A stretch of DNA of 63,867 bases, counting the filler. It is 5 parts of 5 records of this genome, joined end to end, with 100 filler letters (N's around TTAATTAATTAA, not from the genome) between each part and the next. Parts side by side here need not be neighbours in the genome. Positions count along the whole stretch, not along the records: positions 1 to 16,396 come from SRR20825006_812; 4 more parts are not named here. One strand, written 5' to 3'. Position numbers and translations under genes: made by a program. The notes below the pieces were generated by a model. That model had not been told where the DNA came from. It did no database searches and saw only the letters and a program-made list of their open reading frames with translations. Within the stretch, counting starts at the first letter, position 1, and every line of letters starts with the position of its first letter. Below are positions 1 through 8,942 of this stretch, piece after piece.

Positions 1-207
1 CAAGCCAATTTGCTTGAAATTATTGCTGCAACTCATTCGCCGAGCAGCTTCGCGAGCCGCCTGCACGGCCGGCAATAAGAGCCCAACTAAAACGCCAATG
101 ATGGCGATGACGACCAACAACTCAACCAGCGTGAAGCCACGGAAGGAGACGCTTCGCTTGCCTTTCTGATGCGGCGGAAACAGATGCCCGCGTTTGTGAA
201 TCAACAT
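1..207 (-). CDS. DUF1559 / prepilin-type N-terminal cleavage-methylation protein, 5' part (runs off the window edge)
   Basis: Not in the ORF track. Manual translation from ATG at 207 gives ...[47 protein letters not shown], the canonical Planctomycete DUF1559 N-terminus. Confidence 0.95.
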   Translation of the reverse strand, partial: MLIHKRGHLFPPHQKGKRSVSFRGFTLVELLVVIAIIGVLVGLLLPAVQAAREAARRMSCSNNFKQIGL

Positions 208-375
208 TTCACCGATTCCAAAAAAGAGAAGAGAGAATGAAGATCGCCGATGGTGACAACAAAGATCAGCGATCGCTTTCACCCCGAAATTTCGAGCCGA
301 AAGATGTCAGCGTGGATCAGCCGAGACGCACGAGCCTGCAAGCTCAACGGAAACGGCTTTGCGTCGCCTACTCCG

Positions 376-558
376 TCAGGGAGCCACTTCGTCGGCGTTC
401 TCAGCAGCCTCCGCTTCCGCCCCCGCCATTGCGGCGTCATAGGCGGCGAACTCGTCTTCATCCTCGGGGATCACCGTCGGCTCGGCTTCGCAACCAGCCC
501 AAACGCCAACCAACAAGAGTGCCAAAAGAGACTTTCCAAACAGAGAAGCCAGTTTCAT
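376..558 (-). CDS. Small acidic lipoprotein (60 aa)
   Basis: MKLASLFGKSLLALLLVGVWAGC is a signal peptide II with a lipobox Cys, followed by an acidic Ala-rich tail. Same strand as, and just upstream of, the DUF1559 gene. Confidence 0.7.
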   Translation of the reverse strand: MKLASLFGKSLLALLLVGVWAGCEAEPTVIPEDEDEFAAYDAAMAGAEAEAAENADEVAP

Positions 559-1057
559 CGTCCGTACCAATCAAAAGAGAGAACAGAGACGCCCGCTGCC
601 AACGGACGCGAACTACCAATGGTGCACGTGCTGTCACTGCAGGCACCCAAGGCGACTTTCCACGACATCGAGTTCGATGATGGAGGATCGCAGGGGAGAA
701 GTCAAACTCAAGCTGGGGGGCAGCTGGGCATCATCCAGCAATGGCGCAGCATTCGCTCAATACGAAGAAAACGCGCAAGTCTCACGATGACACGTTATCT
801 TAGCCCCGGCCGTGAGAAGATCGGTAGAAAACGAAAGATGCGAGGGTGTGAGATTTCACCGAGGAAAACTCACAGAAAAACATTTTTTTCGCTTTTGGCC
901 GAAACTTTTGCAAACGCAGCCAAATAGCCGTTCACGGGACGTCCTCTGCCTTCATCGCGATGAGCTACTGGCGCATCAAAAACGCCAATGCAGCAAAGGC
1001 TTGCAGCATTGGCGTGATGTGATTTCGAATGGCAGCCGAAGGCAGCTCAACAAAGGA

Positions 1058-1837
1058 TCAGGAGCCGACCTTGGCTTTGGTGCGAGCTTCTCGTAGACCG
1101 CGACTGAGGATGTCTCGCAACATTGGTGAGTAGTCTTCGTACTTGCTCTCGTCCGGAGCACCGCTGCTGAACTGATAAATCGCATCGCGTGGCTTGACGC
1201 CCAACGCAATCAGCGTGCTGCTGACGGTCGCGTAGTCACCGTTGCGAATGACCATGCTGGGACGGCCTTGGCCGACCGGCGAACGTGCGAACACTTTACT
1301 GGCGACGGCCAGGAACTTCACCGGCGAATCCAGCGTCTGAAGAGTTAACAGGCGGCGAGCCAATTGAACGCGTCCGTCGTCCGGGTCGTTCAAGTTGCGA
1401 GCCCCGATGATGTTCAGGCCTTCTTGCAACTCGACGACTTCTTGTCGCTCGTCAGCATGAATTGCAAAACCAGCCTTGGCATCAGCCAAGATGATGTTGC
1501 AACCTTCGTAGCGATTTTTGGCGAACTCAGCGTGGGCTTTTTCGAGTGCACGACGTGAAGAAGTGCAACGCAATAAATCCATCGCCAATTGGCCACGAGA
1601 CCGTTGTCCGAACAAAGGAGTCGCGGTGGCACGATTGGTTAAACCAACAAACAAACCGTTTTGGTTTACCCCCAACCAAGTTCCACCGGCCTTTTGGTCG
1701 ATTCCACACAACACGCGTGGTTTACCGGATTGAATGGACGGCGTTTGGCTCGGTCGGTCAACATACTCTTCGCGGTTGGCCGCAACGAGGATGGGACTTT
1801 CGGGAACCAAACGGTACTGAACAGCAAGCAAGCACAT
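1058..1837 (-). CDS. NRDE/TANGO2-family protein (Ntn-hydrolase-like)
   Basis: MCLL start (Cys2), LVAANREEY, GGTWLGVN, LTN, SRG and YATVSST motifs. Start moved from TTG 1852 to ATG 1837. Confidence 0.9.
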   Translation of the reverse strand: MCLLAVQYRLVPESPILVAANREEYVDRPSQTPSIQSGKPRVLCGIDQKAGGTWLGVNQNGLFVGLTNRATATPLFGQRSRGQLAMDLLRCTSSRRALEKAHAEFAKNRYEGCNIILADAKAGFAIHADERQEVVELQEGLNIIGARNLNDPDDGRVQLARRLLTLQTLDSPVKFLAVASKVFARSPVGQGRPSMVIRNGDYATVSSTLIALGVKPRDAIYQFSSGAPDESKYEDYSPMLRDILSRGLREARTKAKVGS

Positions 1838-2130
1838 CTGGGAGACATCCAACTTTCAAAGATCGGTGATTTCCAGTCTCACGCACGTGATCTCTCGCCA
1901 ATTGATCGGGGACCCCCCGGCGAGCCTGGTGCGATACACGTGGGAACAATGTAGCCACGCGAAATCCGGCACCACACCCCCGCATGGGTGGTTTCGTAGA
2001 TATTTCTCTGATCTGGCGCGGAAGACGGCCGGTCAGGGGAGATCGACCGAAACCGGTGCTGTTTGCCGTTTAGGCAGTCTATTTCGGGCCTTTCGTGAAT
2101 CGGAAAGGCCCGAAATCAGCTGATTTCAGA

Positions 2131-2979
2131 TCAGGCGTTCCGTGCGGCCAATTCAGCTTTCATGAACTCAAGGCCCTCTTTGGCGAGTGTCAGCTCGTCG
2201 GAGAACATCTTCCGCCAAATCTTGGTCGCCGCGGCAATTTCCGGCAGAGCCAGCCCGAAGGCTTCGATGGTCAGGTAGCCGTCGTAGCCCGACTGCACAA
2301 TCGCGTCGAAGTTCTCTTTCCAGTTCACGCCACCTTTGCCCGGCGTGCTGCGATCGTTCTCGCTGATGTGAATGTGGAACAGTTTGTCACCGCCGGCCTG
2401 GATCGCTTCGGTGATCGACTTCTCTTCGATGTTGCTGTGGAAAGTGTCGTACATCATTCCACAGGATGGGTGATCCACGTCGCGAGCAAAGCGGGCCGAG
2501 TCGGCGTGGCAGTTCAGCAAGTAGCACTCAAAACGGTTCAGAGCTTCGACGCCCAATTTCACGCCAACGGTCTCGGCGTATTCGGCGGTTGCTCGCATCG
2601 ATTCAACGCCCCACTTCCACTCATCTTCGGTGGGTCCGGCACCGCTGAACAATCCGATTGCCGAGTGATAAGGGCCGACCAGAATCTCAACGCCAGCCGC
2701 CGCACAGCAATCCAACGTCTTCTTATTCAGCTCGACGCCCTTGGCTCGCACCGCGGCGTCGCACGAAATCGGGTTGTCTTCTTCGCCACGAATCGTAACA
2801 GCGGTTCGCCCCAATCCGATCTCATCCAGACGCTTGCCAATCTTGGCGTAGTCCAAATCGAGATTGAACATTGGCAATTCGACGCTGTCGTATCCGATTC
2901 CTTTGAGCTGCTCACAAACGGGCAGCATTTCCTCGGTGACTTCGCCGGACCACAACAGCAGGTTCATGCCGTACTTCAT
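2131..2979 (-). CDS. Sugar phosphate isomerase/epimerase, D-psicose/D-tagatose 3-epimerase family (TIM barrel)
   Basis: Metal and catalytic motifs EALNRFE, YDTFH, HIHISENDR and TIEAF. Start at MKYGMN. Confidence 0.9.
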   Translation of the reverse strand: MKYGMNLLLWSGEVTEEMLPVCEQLKGIGYDSVELPMFNLDLDYAKIGKRLDEIGLGRTAVTIRGEEDNPISCDAAVRAKGVELNKKTLDCCAAAGVEILVGPYHSAIGLFSGAGPTEDEWKWGVESMRATAEYAETVGVKLGVEALNRFECYLLNCHADSARFARDVDHPSCGMMYDTFHSNIEEKSITEAIQAGGDKLFHIHISENDRSTPGKGGVNWKENFDAIVQSGYDGYLTIEAFGLALPEIAAATKIWRKMFSDELTLAKEGLEFMKAELAARNA

Positions 2980-3053
2980 AATGTTCTTCTCTACAGAGTT
3001 CTCGAAAGGGGATATCAACGGAGTTTCGTTTCGGATTGATCGACCGGAACAAC

Positions 3054-3731
3054 CTAGTTCAGCTCAGGATAGGCCATCGGACGACCTCCGGGGGCGAGTA
3101 GACGTGCGTGATGAAGTCGCACCTCTTGGCGTGCTTTTGGCAACCAATCGCGAACGGCATTGGGCAATGCCACCAACCCGACTCGGGCCATGACCTGGTT
3201 CAGCCGCATCAGCAGTGTGTCGTCGGCCAAGTAATCGTACAAGAACCGGGTGGAAGCGAACCGCCGCATCGTCGCGGGAATCTTGTCCGTCGATTTCCCC
3301 GTGATTCGCTGAACTGACGCCGCAATTTCGTCCTCAGGAATCTGATCGAACAGAGCGTAGTACCGGTCGCCGATCTCGGGCCGATCCTCGATCACATTTG
3401 AGTCCAGCAACATCTCTATCAAAATGTGCCCCACAAAACTGGGGCGAAACCCGGCGTCTCCTGGCAACAGGTCTCGCAACTGGACCGCAAATTCGAGGTT
3501 CATCCGCGCGAACGTCTCGCCCCCATGAAACCACTGATCATCATCGATGTGGGCGAGCACGCCGCGAGCGACCTGCCGAAGCACCGGATCGGAATCCTCG
3601 ATGAATGGAGCCGCCAATCGTCCTCGGGCTCGAATTTTGCGATCGATCACCGACAAGAAGTCTGGGATGCCTGTCGAGACCGCCATCACCGGATCATCCA
3701 AGTATGGAATGGCGTGGCAGAGAAAGTTCAT
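3054..3731 (-). CDS. ACP phosphodiesterase (AcpH)-like helical metallohydrolase
   Basis: MNFLCHA N-terminus (compare AcpH MNFLAH), GVLAHIDDDQWFH, GHILIEMLLD, and a late FLYDY. Confidence 0.6.
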   Translation of the reverse strand: MNFLCHAIPYLDDPVMAVSTGIPDFLSVIDRKIRARGRLAAPFIEDSDPVLRQVARGVLAHIDDDQWFHGGETFARMNLEFAVQLRDLLPGDAGFRPSFVGHILIEMLLDSNVIEDRPEIGDRYYALFDQIPEDEIAASVQRITGKSTDKIPATMRRFASTRFLYDYLADDTLLMRLNQVMARVGLVALPNAVRDWLPKARQEVRLHHARLLAPGGRPMAYPELN

Positions 3732-3809
3732 GGGCGAGGGTCGGTGATCGGCTGGAGTATTCGAACGATGCCAGAAATCCAACCGCGTTCGTAGAAGAGT
3801 CAGAGATGG

Positions 3810-4838
3810 TCAGCGAGTGGTGCTGTCCGCATCTGATGATGGCAACGATGCCGAGTGCCATTGTCCCAACCATTGCATCATCGACCACCGCAGGTCGGAT
3901 TGATGTTTCGCAATCGCTTCGTTCAAACGATCGGCCAAACGAGTGTTCTCTTTCTTGAGCCACAACCGAATCAGAGTGTCCTCTGCCAAGTTGCCCAGCT
4001 CTTCGGCCGCGTCACCACCCAGCTTGCTGATTCGTTCGACGTTGAATCGATCCATTTGCATCTTGGCATGTTCGACGTTCACATCCAACTGAATCGCGGG
4101 AGGCACTTCGCTGTAGTCGGCGGACATGCCCATCACGAATTGGCATTCCAGGTTCACGTCCATCGTGCCATCGACGCTGAGACTAAAAGCCTGCACACCC
4201 AGGTTCCAACGTTCCAGCCGAATGTGAAATTTCGCGGGTGTTCGCACAACCGCATCGACCAGCCAACCAGGATTGCCGGCAGGCGTTATGGAAGGGACGA
4301 CCGATCGAATGGTGAGTGGAGACTGCGCGAGCGGAGAGTCAGATCGCGGCGACGAAGCACTGATGGGCAGGGCGGACGGCCAAGCGAATCCGGACAACAA
4401 TCCCGCAGCTGAGACGGCGCGGCTTTGTCCATCGCTGCCGGTCGCAACATCCGCTGGATCCATTTTTGGCGTGGCAATTTCTGACTTGGAAAGCGCCGGC
4501 AACGTGACGTCATAGCGAACCCAACGTCCATGACGAACCTCTTTGCGGCGCCGGTTGGTTTTCAGCTTCCAACCTTCGCGTCGGACTTTCACGCCCGCCC
4601 ACAACGATTTTGTGTTGCCCCAATCATCATCGCCGTCAAAGCGATCGGGGACATGCGTGAGAAGTTGATCCGCCAGCCACTGAACCGATTGGCGTGCTTG
4701 ATCGGGCGTCATTTCGACGCTGGTTGCCGGCAAGATTTGCGGCGTGGTCAGCGGTGCTTGCCCACTGCACCGCGCCAGACATCCAATCGAACCCGATGGT
4801 ACAACCGCCGACTCAGCCAGAGCGACGGCCATCACCAT
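3810..4838 (-). CDS. Hypothetical Planctomycete protein, probably exported (start uncertain)
   Basis: Long ORF with protein-like composition and a low-complexity Ser/Pro/Ala insert. The track start (4973) overlaps the upstream CAP gene, so a later start is used. Confidence 0.65.
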   Translation of the reverse strand: MVMAVALAESAVVPSGSIGCLARCSGQAPLTTPQILPATSVEMTPDQARQSVQWLADQLLTHVPDRFDGDDDWGNTKSLWAGVKVRREGWKLKTNRRRKEVRHGRWVRYDVTLPALSKSEIATPKMDPADVATGSDGQSRAVSAAGLLSGFAWPSALPISASSPRSDSPLAQSPLTIRSVVPSITPAGNPGWLVDAVVRTPAKFHIRLERWNLGVQAFSLSVDGTMDVNLECQFVMGMSADYSEVPPAIQLDVNVEHAKMQMDRFNVERISKLGGDAAEELGNLAEDTLIRLWLKKENTRLADRLNEAIAKHQSDLRWSMMQWLGQWHSASLPSSDADSTTR

Positions 4839-4846
4839 CGCGGGAA

Positions 4847-5641
4847 TCAGCGATACACGACGCAGAAGTAGACGCCATCGCGACCGCGCGCCATCGCGGC
4901 TCCTGCAACTCGCATGTTGGGATCGCTGGTGTAACAAGCCGAAACTCCGGCGGGCGTGTGGGAACTGCTCCATCCGACGCCCTCATAGCGTCCGGGAGCA
5001 AACGATCCTGATGGATGAGTTTTTAAACCCGTCGACGCCATCAATTGAGCACGCCGTTCCGCGACCGCTTGCAACTGCGGATCATACGCAAGACCACGTA
5101 GTCCCTGTCGAGACCGTTGTGCGTTCAAAGTCGTCAAGACATTCGAAACGGCACCGCCCAGCCGATGTGAACCGGACACCGAATGCGATGCCGGCAACAC
5201 CGTCGGTTTGCTCGCTTGGTGAACGACTCGGCCCGAATGAACGATCTGGCCCGAGTGAACGACTCCGCCGCTGTGAATGACTTGGCTGCCGTGAAACACC
5301 GGGGTGCTCTGGACAACAGCATCGCCATGAATGACCTGGCCGTGCTGCACCGGAGTTCCGACCGAAACGGTTCGGCTGGAAACTGGCGAACGAGTCACCA
5401 CGTTGCGGTTTTGGCCACAATTGGTGCAACCAGATCCCGTCGGGATCGTTGTCACCTGAACGCCTCTGCCATTGGCCGCCTGTGATTCAGTTGGCGTGAC
5501 CAACACTGAGCCACAAGTGATTCCACCAATCGCAATCAAGGCGGGCAGATGAGGCACGAACAGTCGAGGCACAAAGCCTTGGATGAGTTCGACCAACGAA
5601 TTCAGTTCGGGCAGACGGGACGCTTCAATCAATCGAGACAT
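4847..5641 (-). CDS. Secreted CAP (SCP/PR-1)-domain protein with a His-containing hexapeptide repeat linker
   Basis: Hydrophobic N-terminal segment. The C-terminal LNAQRSRQGLRGLAYDPQLQAVAERRAQLMA..H matches the CAP fold start. Confidence 0.75.
   Translation of the reverse strand: MSRLIEASRLPELNSLVELIQGFVPRLFVPHLPALIAIGGITCGSVLVTPTESQAANGRGVQVTTIPTGSGCTNCGQNRNVVTRSPVSSRTVSVGTPVQHGQVIHGDAVVQSTPVFHGSQVIHSGGVVHSGQIVHSGRVVHQASKPTVLPASHSVSGSHRLGGAVSNVLTTLNAQRSRQGLRGLAYDPQLQAVAERRAQLMASTGLKTHPSGSFAPGRYEGVGWSSSHTPAGVSACYTSDPNMRVAGAAMARGRDGVYFCVVYR
5220..5300. repeat. Degenerate 18-nt tandem repeat (about 4.5 units) inside the CAP gene
   Basis: TGAA-initiated units start at 5220, 5238, 5256, 5274 and 5292. 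On the minus strand they encode VFHGSQ-VIHSGG-VVHSGQ-IVHSGR-VVH. Confidence 0.85.
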
Positions 5642-6099
5642 TCAACACTCCTAAAGAGAAGGAGCCGGTGGAGCCAATCCATGGTCCAAGTACGAGTCAC
5701 ATCCGTGCGCGGCACCGGCGAAATTCCGTTGCCGCGAACCATTGCGATAACCCGCATCGCGAAAAGGCCTTTTCTGAAAGAAAGCGATCTGAAGATTGGC
5801 TTACGAAAATTGCAGGCGACGGAACTCACCATCCGTTCACCACTTAGCAAAAGTGCGATCGCTCAAAGAAGTTTTGAATGTCTTTCGGGTGAGTCGAAAC
5901 CACCTGTCAAACTAGGCAAACCTGCTGCAGACAAATGATGCCGCGAGCCTTGTTGTCACTGCGTAAACTCGCCCAATTGCTGCAACTTCGCCTTCGTAGC
6001 CGGATTCGCCAGAATTCGGACTCTCAACCAACGCGAACCTCTGAATTCTTGCGAATCCAGCCACGACCACTTCAACACGCCTCCTATGCAGGCCCAAGC

Positions 6100-8043
6100 T
6101 CAGGCCACTTTTTTGCCGCCGGGGGCTCGCAAGTCGAACAGCCCAAAGATCTCGTCTCGTGACAATCCACCAGCTTGGGACAACGGCCCTGACTTCGCCG
6201 GACCGTCGCCGGCTGCGTTCTTTGATGAGTCGCGTTGATCCGCGAATAGCATGTCAAACATCTCTCGTTTTTGGTCCAGCACCGCCGCGATGCGTTGCTC
6301 GATCGTGTTGACCGCCATCATTCGCGAAACAGTCACACTGCCGGCCGCACCAATTCGGTGAGCGCGGTTGATCGCTTGATCTTCGATCGCGGGATTCCAC
6401 CATCGATCAAACAAGAAAACATAGCGACAGAATTGAAGATTCAACCCAACGCTGCCGGCCCCGTAACTCATCAAAATGATGTGGCTGTTGGGATCGTTTT
6501 TGAACTGTTCGATCACGCCTTCGCGTTTCTTGTGCGGGATCTTGCCGTGGTATTCCAACGGACCAAATCGTTCGAGCGCTGGTCGCATCTTGTCGATCGT
6601 CTTTGTCCACTGGCTGAAGAGGATCGCCTTCTGACCGCTGGCCGCGACCTCTTCCATGTCGGCTTCGAGTCGCTGCAGTTTGGCGCTCGAATTGGTCACC
6701 GGATCGAAATTGCAAATCTGTTTGAGTCGCAACACCAATTCGAACACATGTTGTACGGTCAGTGATTCCTCCAACTCCTCCAGGTGAACCACACCTTCCT
6801 TTTCAGCCGTTTCATAGCGAGCCCATTGCTCGGGCGTCAGATCCACATCGGCGTCGCGATACAATTTGGGCGGCATGTCATCGAGCACCATGTCCTTGGT
6901 GCGTCGCAAGATGTAGTCCCCCGCCATGCCGGCCATCTGCGACATGGGCATCCCGGTTTGCAGATATCCGGGCGAGAGAAAATCAAAGATGCCGACCAAA
7001 TCATCCGGCGAATTTTCGACCGGTGTCCCTGTCAACGCCCATGACCTGGTTCGTGGAATCGCACGAATGATCTCGCTGGTTGTGTTGTTGCTGTTCTTGA
7101 TCCGTTGGGCTTCGTCGAGTGCCACCAAGTCAAAGTGCAGGCCGCCCTCGAGCACGATGTCTTTGTCACGCATCAACAATTCATAGTTGGCAATCTTCAC
7201 CGGCACGTTGGGTTCACGCCACTGGAACTCTCGTTTGGCGGCGTTGCCTTCAATTGCCACAACGGGAATCTCTGGTGCCCAAACACTGAATTCGCGAAGC
7301 CAGTTGCTCACCAACGGCTTGGGGCAGACCAGCAGAACGCTGCGAAGCTCACCGCTGCACAACAGCATCCGCATCGTGCTGATCGCTTGCATGGTTTTGC
7401 CCAGCCCCATCTCATCGGCCAGCACGCATGCATAGCGAGGAAACAGGAATGCGATCCCATCGAGCTGATACGGAAACGGTTCAAACGGGAAGTTCAATTG
7501 CCCGCTGCCGACCAACAAATCGAGCGGCGGTTGCAACAAGTAGTACAACCGGTCTTGCAACTTCACGATGTCGTTTGGCGGCTTGATTCGCGAACGTTTG
7601 CCGATCGACTTGCGACGCTTCTTGCTTCCCTTTTCGGCCTCGGATTTGTCCGATCCTTCGGGACCAATCGAGCCGGCAACCGCGTCGGTGGGTTTCTCGG
7701 TTGGCTTCGGAATCCAAGACGCTGATTCCGGGAACAGAAATCCCGTTGTCTTTGCGACAAGCGGCGGCAACTTGATCGGCACGCGCATCGGTTGCAACGC
7801 CGGCAAAGTCCACTCGCTTGTTTCCAACTCGAAGGCTGTCGCGAAATCCCAACTATTGACTTCATCGACCTCGCACGTCATCGCGGGCCTTTGGGATGAA
7901 GCCGACGGTCGGGCTTGCGCCGGCGACGCGACATTCGACTGCGTCACGTTGTCCGATAGATTGCCCGAGGTTGCGGACGATGGCGTCGAACTCGATGGCG
8001 AGAGTGGATCAGCAGAAACCGGTGACGATTTTCGGAACCACAC
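6100..8043 (-). CDS. SNF2/Swi2-family SF2 ATPase with a disordered N-terminus
   Basis: LADEMGLGKT, DEAQRIKN, LTGTPVEN, LRRTK, GLNL, DRWWNPAIEDQAINRAHRIG. Confidence 0.95.
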   Translation of the reverse strand: MWFRKSSPVSADPLSPSSSTPSSATSGNLSDNVTQSNVASPAQARPSASSQRPAMTCEVDEVNSWDFATAFELETSEWTLPALQPMRVPIKLPPLVAKTTGFLFPESASWIPKPTEKPTDAVAGSIGPEGSDKSEAEKGSKKRRKSIGKRSRIKPPNDIVKLQDRLYYLLQPPLDLLVGSGQLNFPFEPFPYQLDGIAFLFPRYACVLADEMGLGKTMQAISTMRMLLCSGELRSVLLVCPKPLVSNWLREFSVWAPEIPVVAIEGNAAKREFQWREPNVPVKIANYELLMRDKDIVLEGGLHFDLVALDEAQRIKNSNNTTSEIIRAIPRTRSWALTGTPVENSPDDLVGIFDFLSPGYLQTGMPMSQMAGMAGDYILRRTKDMVLDDMPPKLYRDADVDLTPEQWARYETAEKEGVVHLEELEESLTVQHVFELVLRLKQICNFDPVTNSSAKLQRLEADMEEVAASGQKAILFSQWTKTIDKMRPALERFGPLEYHGKIPHKKREGVIEQFKNDPNSHIILMSYGAGSVGLNLQFCRYVFLFDRWWNPAIEDQAINRAHRIGAAGSVTVSRMMAVNTIEQRIAAVLDQKREMFDMLFADQRDSSKNAAGDGPAKSGPLSQAGGLSRDEIFGLFDLRAPGGKKVA

Positions 8044-8573
8044 TACGCCGCCCTCGATATTTGGGATTGAGCCTCTCGGATCGCCTCACGAATTCGTTCG
8101 AACGGTTCGATCACGTCGGGGAAGTCGCCCATCTGCTGAGCGACTTGTTCAGCCGCTTCCATTTGCTCCATCGCAACCAACACCGACGCGCCACAGACTT
8201 TCAAGGAACAATGCCCATCGGGTTCTCGAGCCACGTAGGCCTTGCCATCGTTTTCCGGCGTGGCAACAAACCCAATCGTGCAACTGGCATCAGCCATTCG
8301 CAGCGACTCAGTTTGCTCACACATCAGCATCGAGATCGGCGTACGACACTTCTTTAGGAGCGTGGGGCCAATGACATCGCAAATCAGATGCTGACGCAGC
8401 GTGTTGCCGAACAAAATTTCGTGAGCCTTGGATGGACGCAGCGGCAACGTGCACTGGAATTCCAAGGGACGTCCGCCTCCATTGAGAACGAGCAATCCTC
8501 CCGTCCATCCGGTGCGTTCTTGTTGAACGATCGTGAAATAACCAAGCGTCGCAGGTGCCAATTTCGACTCCAT
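8043..8573 (-). CDS. Conserved hypothetical protein, translationally coupled to the SNF2 gene
   Basis: Its TAG stop overlaps the SNF2 GTG start by 1 nt (TAGTG). Motifs GGLLVLNxxGRPLEFQCT and EPFERIREAI. Confidence 0.8.
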   Translation of the reverse strand: MESKLAPATLGYFTIVQQERTGWTGGLLVLNGGGRPLEFQCTLPLRPSKAHEILFGNTLRQHLICDVIGPTLLKKCRTPISMLMCEQTESLRMADASCTIGFVATPENDGKAYVAREPDGHCSLKVCGASVLVAMEQMEAAEQVAQQMGDFPDVIEPFERIREAIREAQSQISRAA

Positions 8574-8942
8574 CGTGGGTTCGGTCAGATGAATGGTTGG
8601 TTCAGTCAGGAAAGTTTCGCGGGCGAACGGACGCAATTGACATGCGGGTGTCAACTGCGTCCGCCCACTCGGCGAATGGACGATCGATCACGTCCCGGCT
8701 GGGTCGACGAACGAGCCCGATGCATCTGCGGGAGATGCATCCGACTCGTTCGTCCCAGGACGAATCGATCGGTGAATCTGAAAACCTATGAGTGACTCGG
8801 GTGACGAAAGCACGTTTTCAAGCGGATAAAAACGTTGGCGATTGAAAGAAAACACTTTGGCAATCGCCGCGGTTCCCATCGGGTAACCAGAGCTGCCAGC
8901 CAAACGGTGTCGTTGCTTTTCCCAATCGTTCCTTCTCACCTA

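Noticed and set aside
237-1096. Plus-strand ORFs 237-680, 250-927 and 812-1096
   Set aside because: Arg/Ser-rich shadow frames opposite the real minus-strand lipoprotein gene and its promoter region; no motifs.
5642-6099. Sigma54 promoter or ncRNA in the 460-nt gap upstream of the CAP gene
   Set aside because: GG/GC candidates have the wrong spacing or face away from any gene; no convincing structure or terminator.
8837-8868. GGCGATTG/CAATCGCC inverted repeat downstream of htrA as a REP or mobile end
   Set aside because: Single copy, long loop and no U-tract; at most a weak hairpin.
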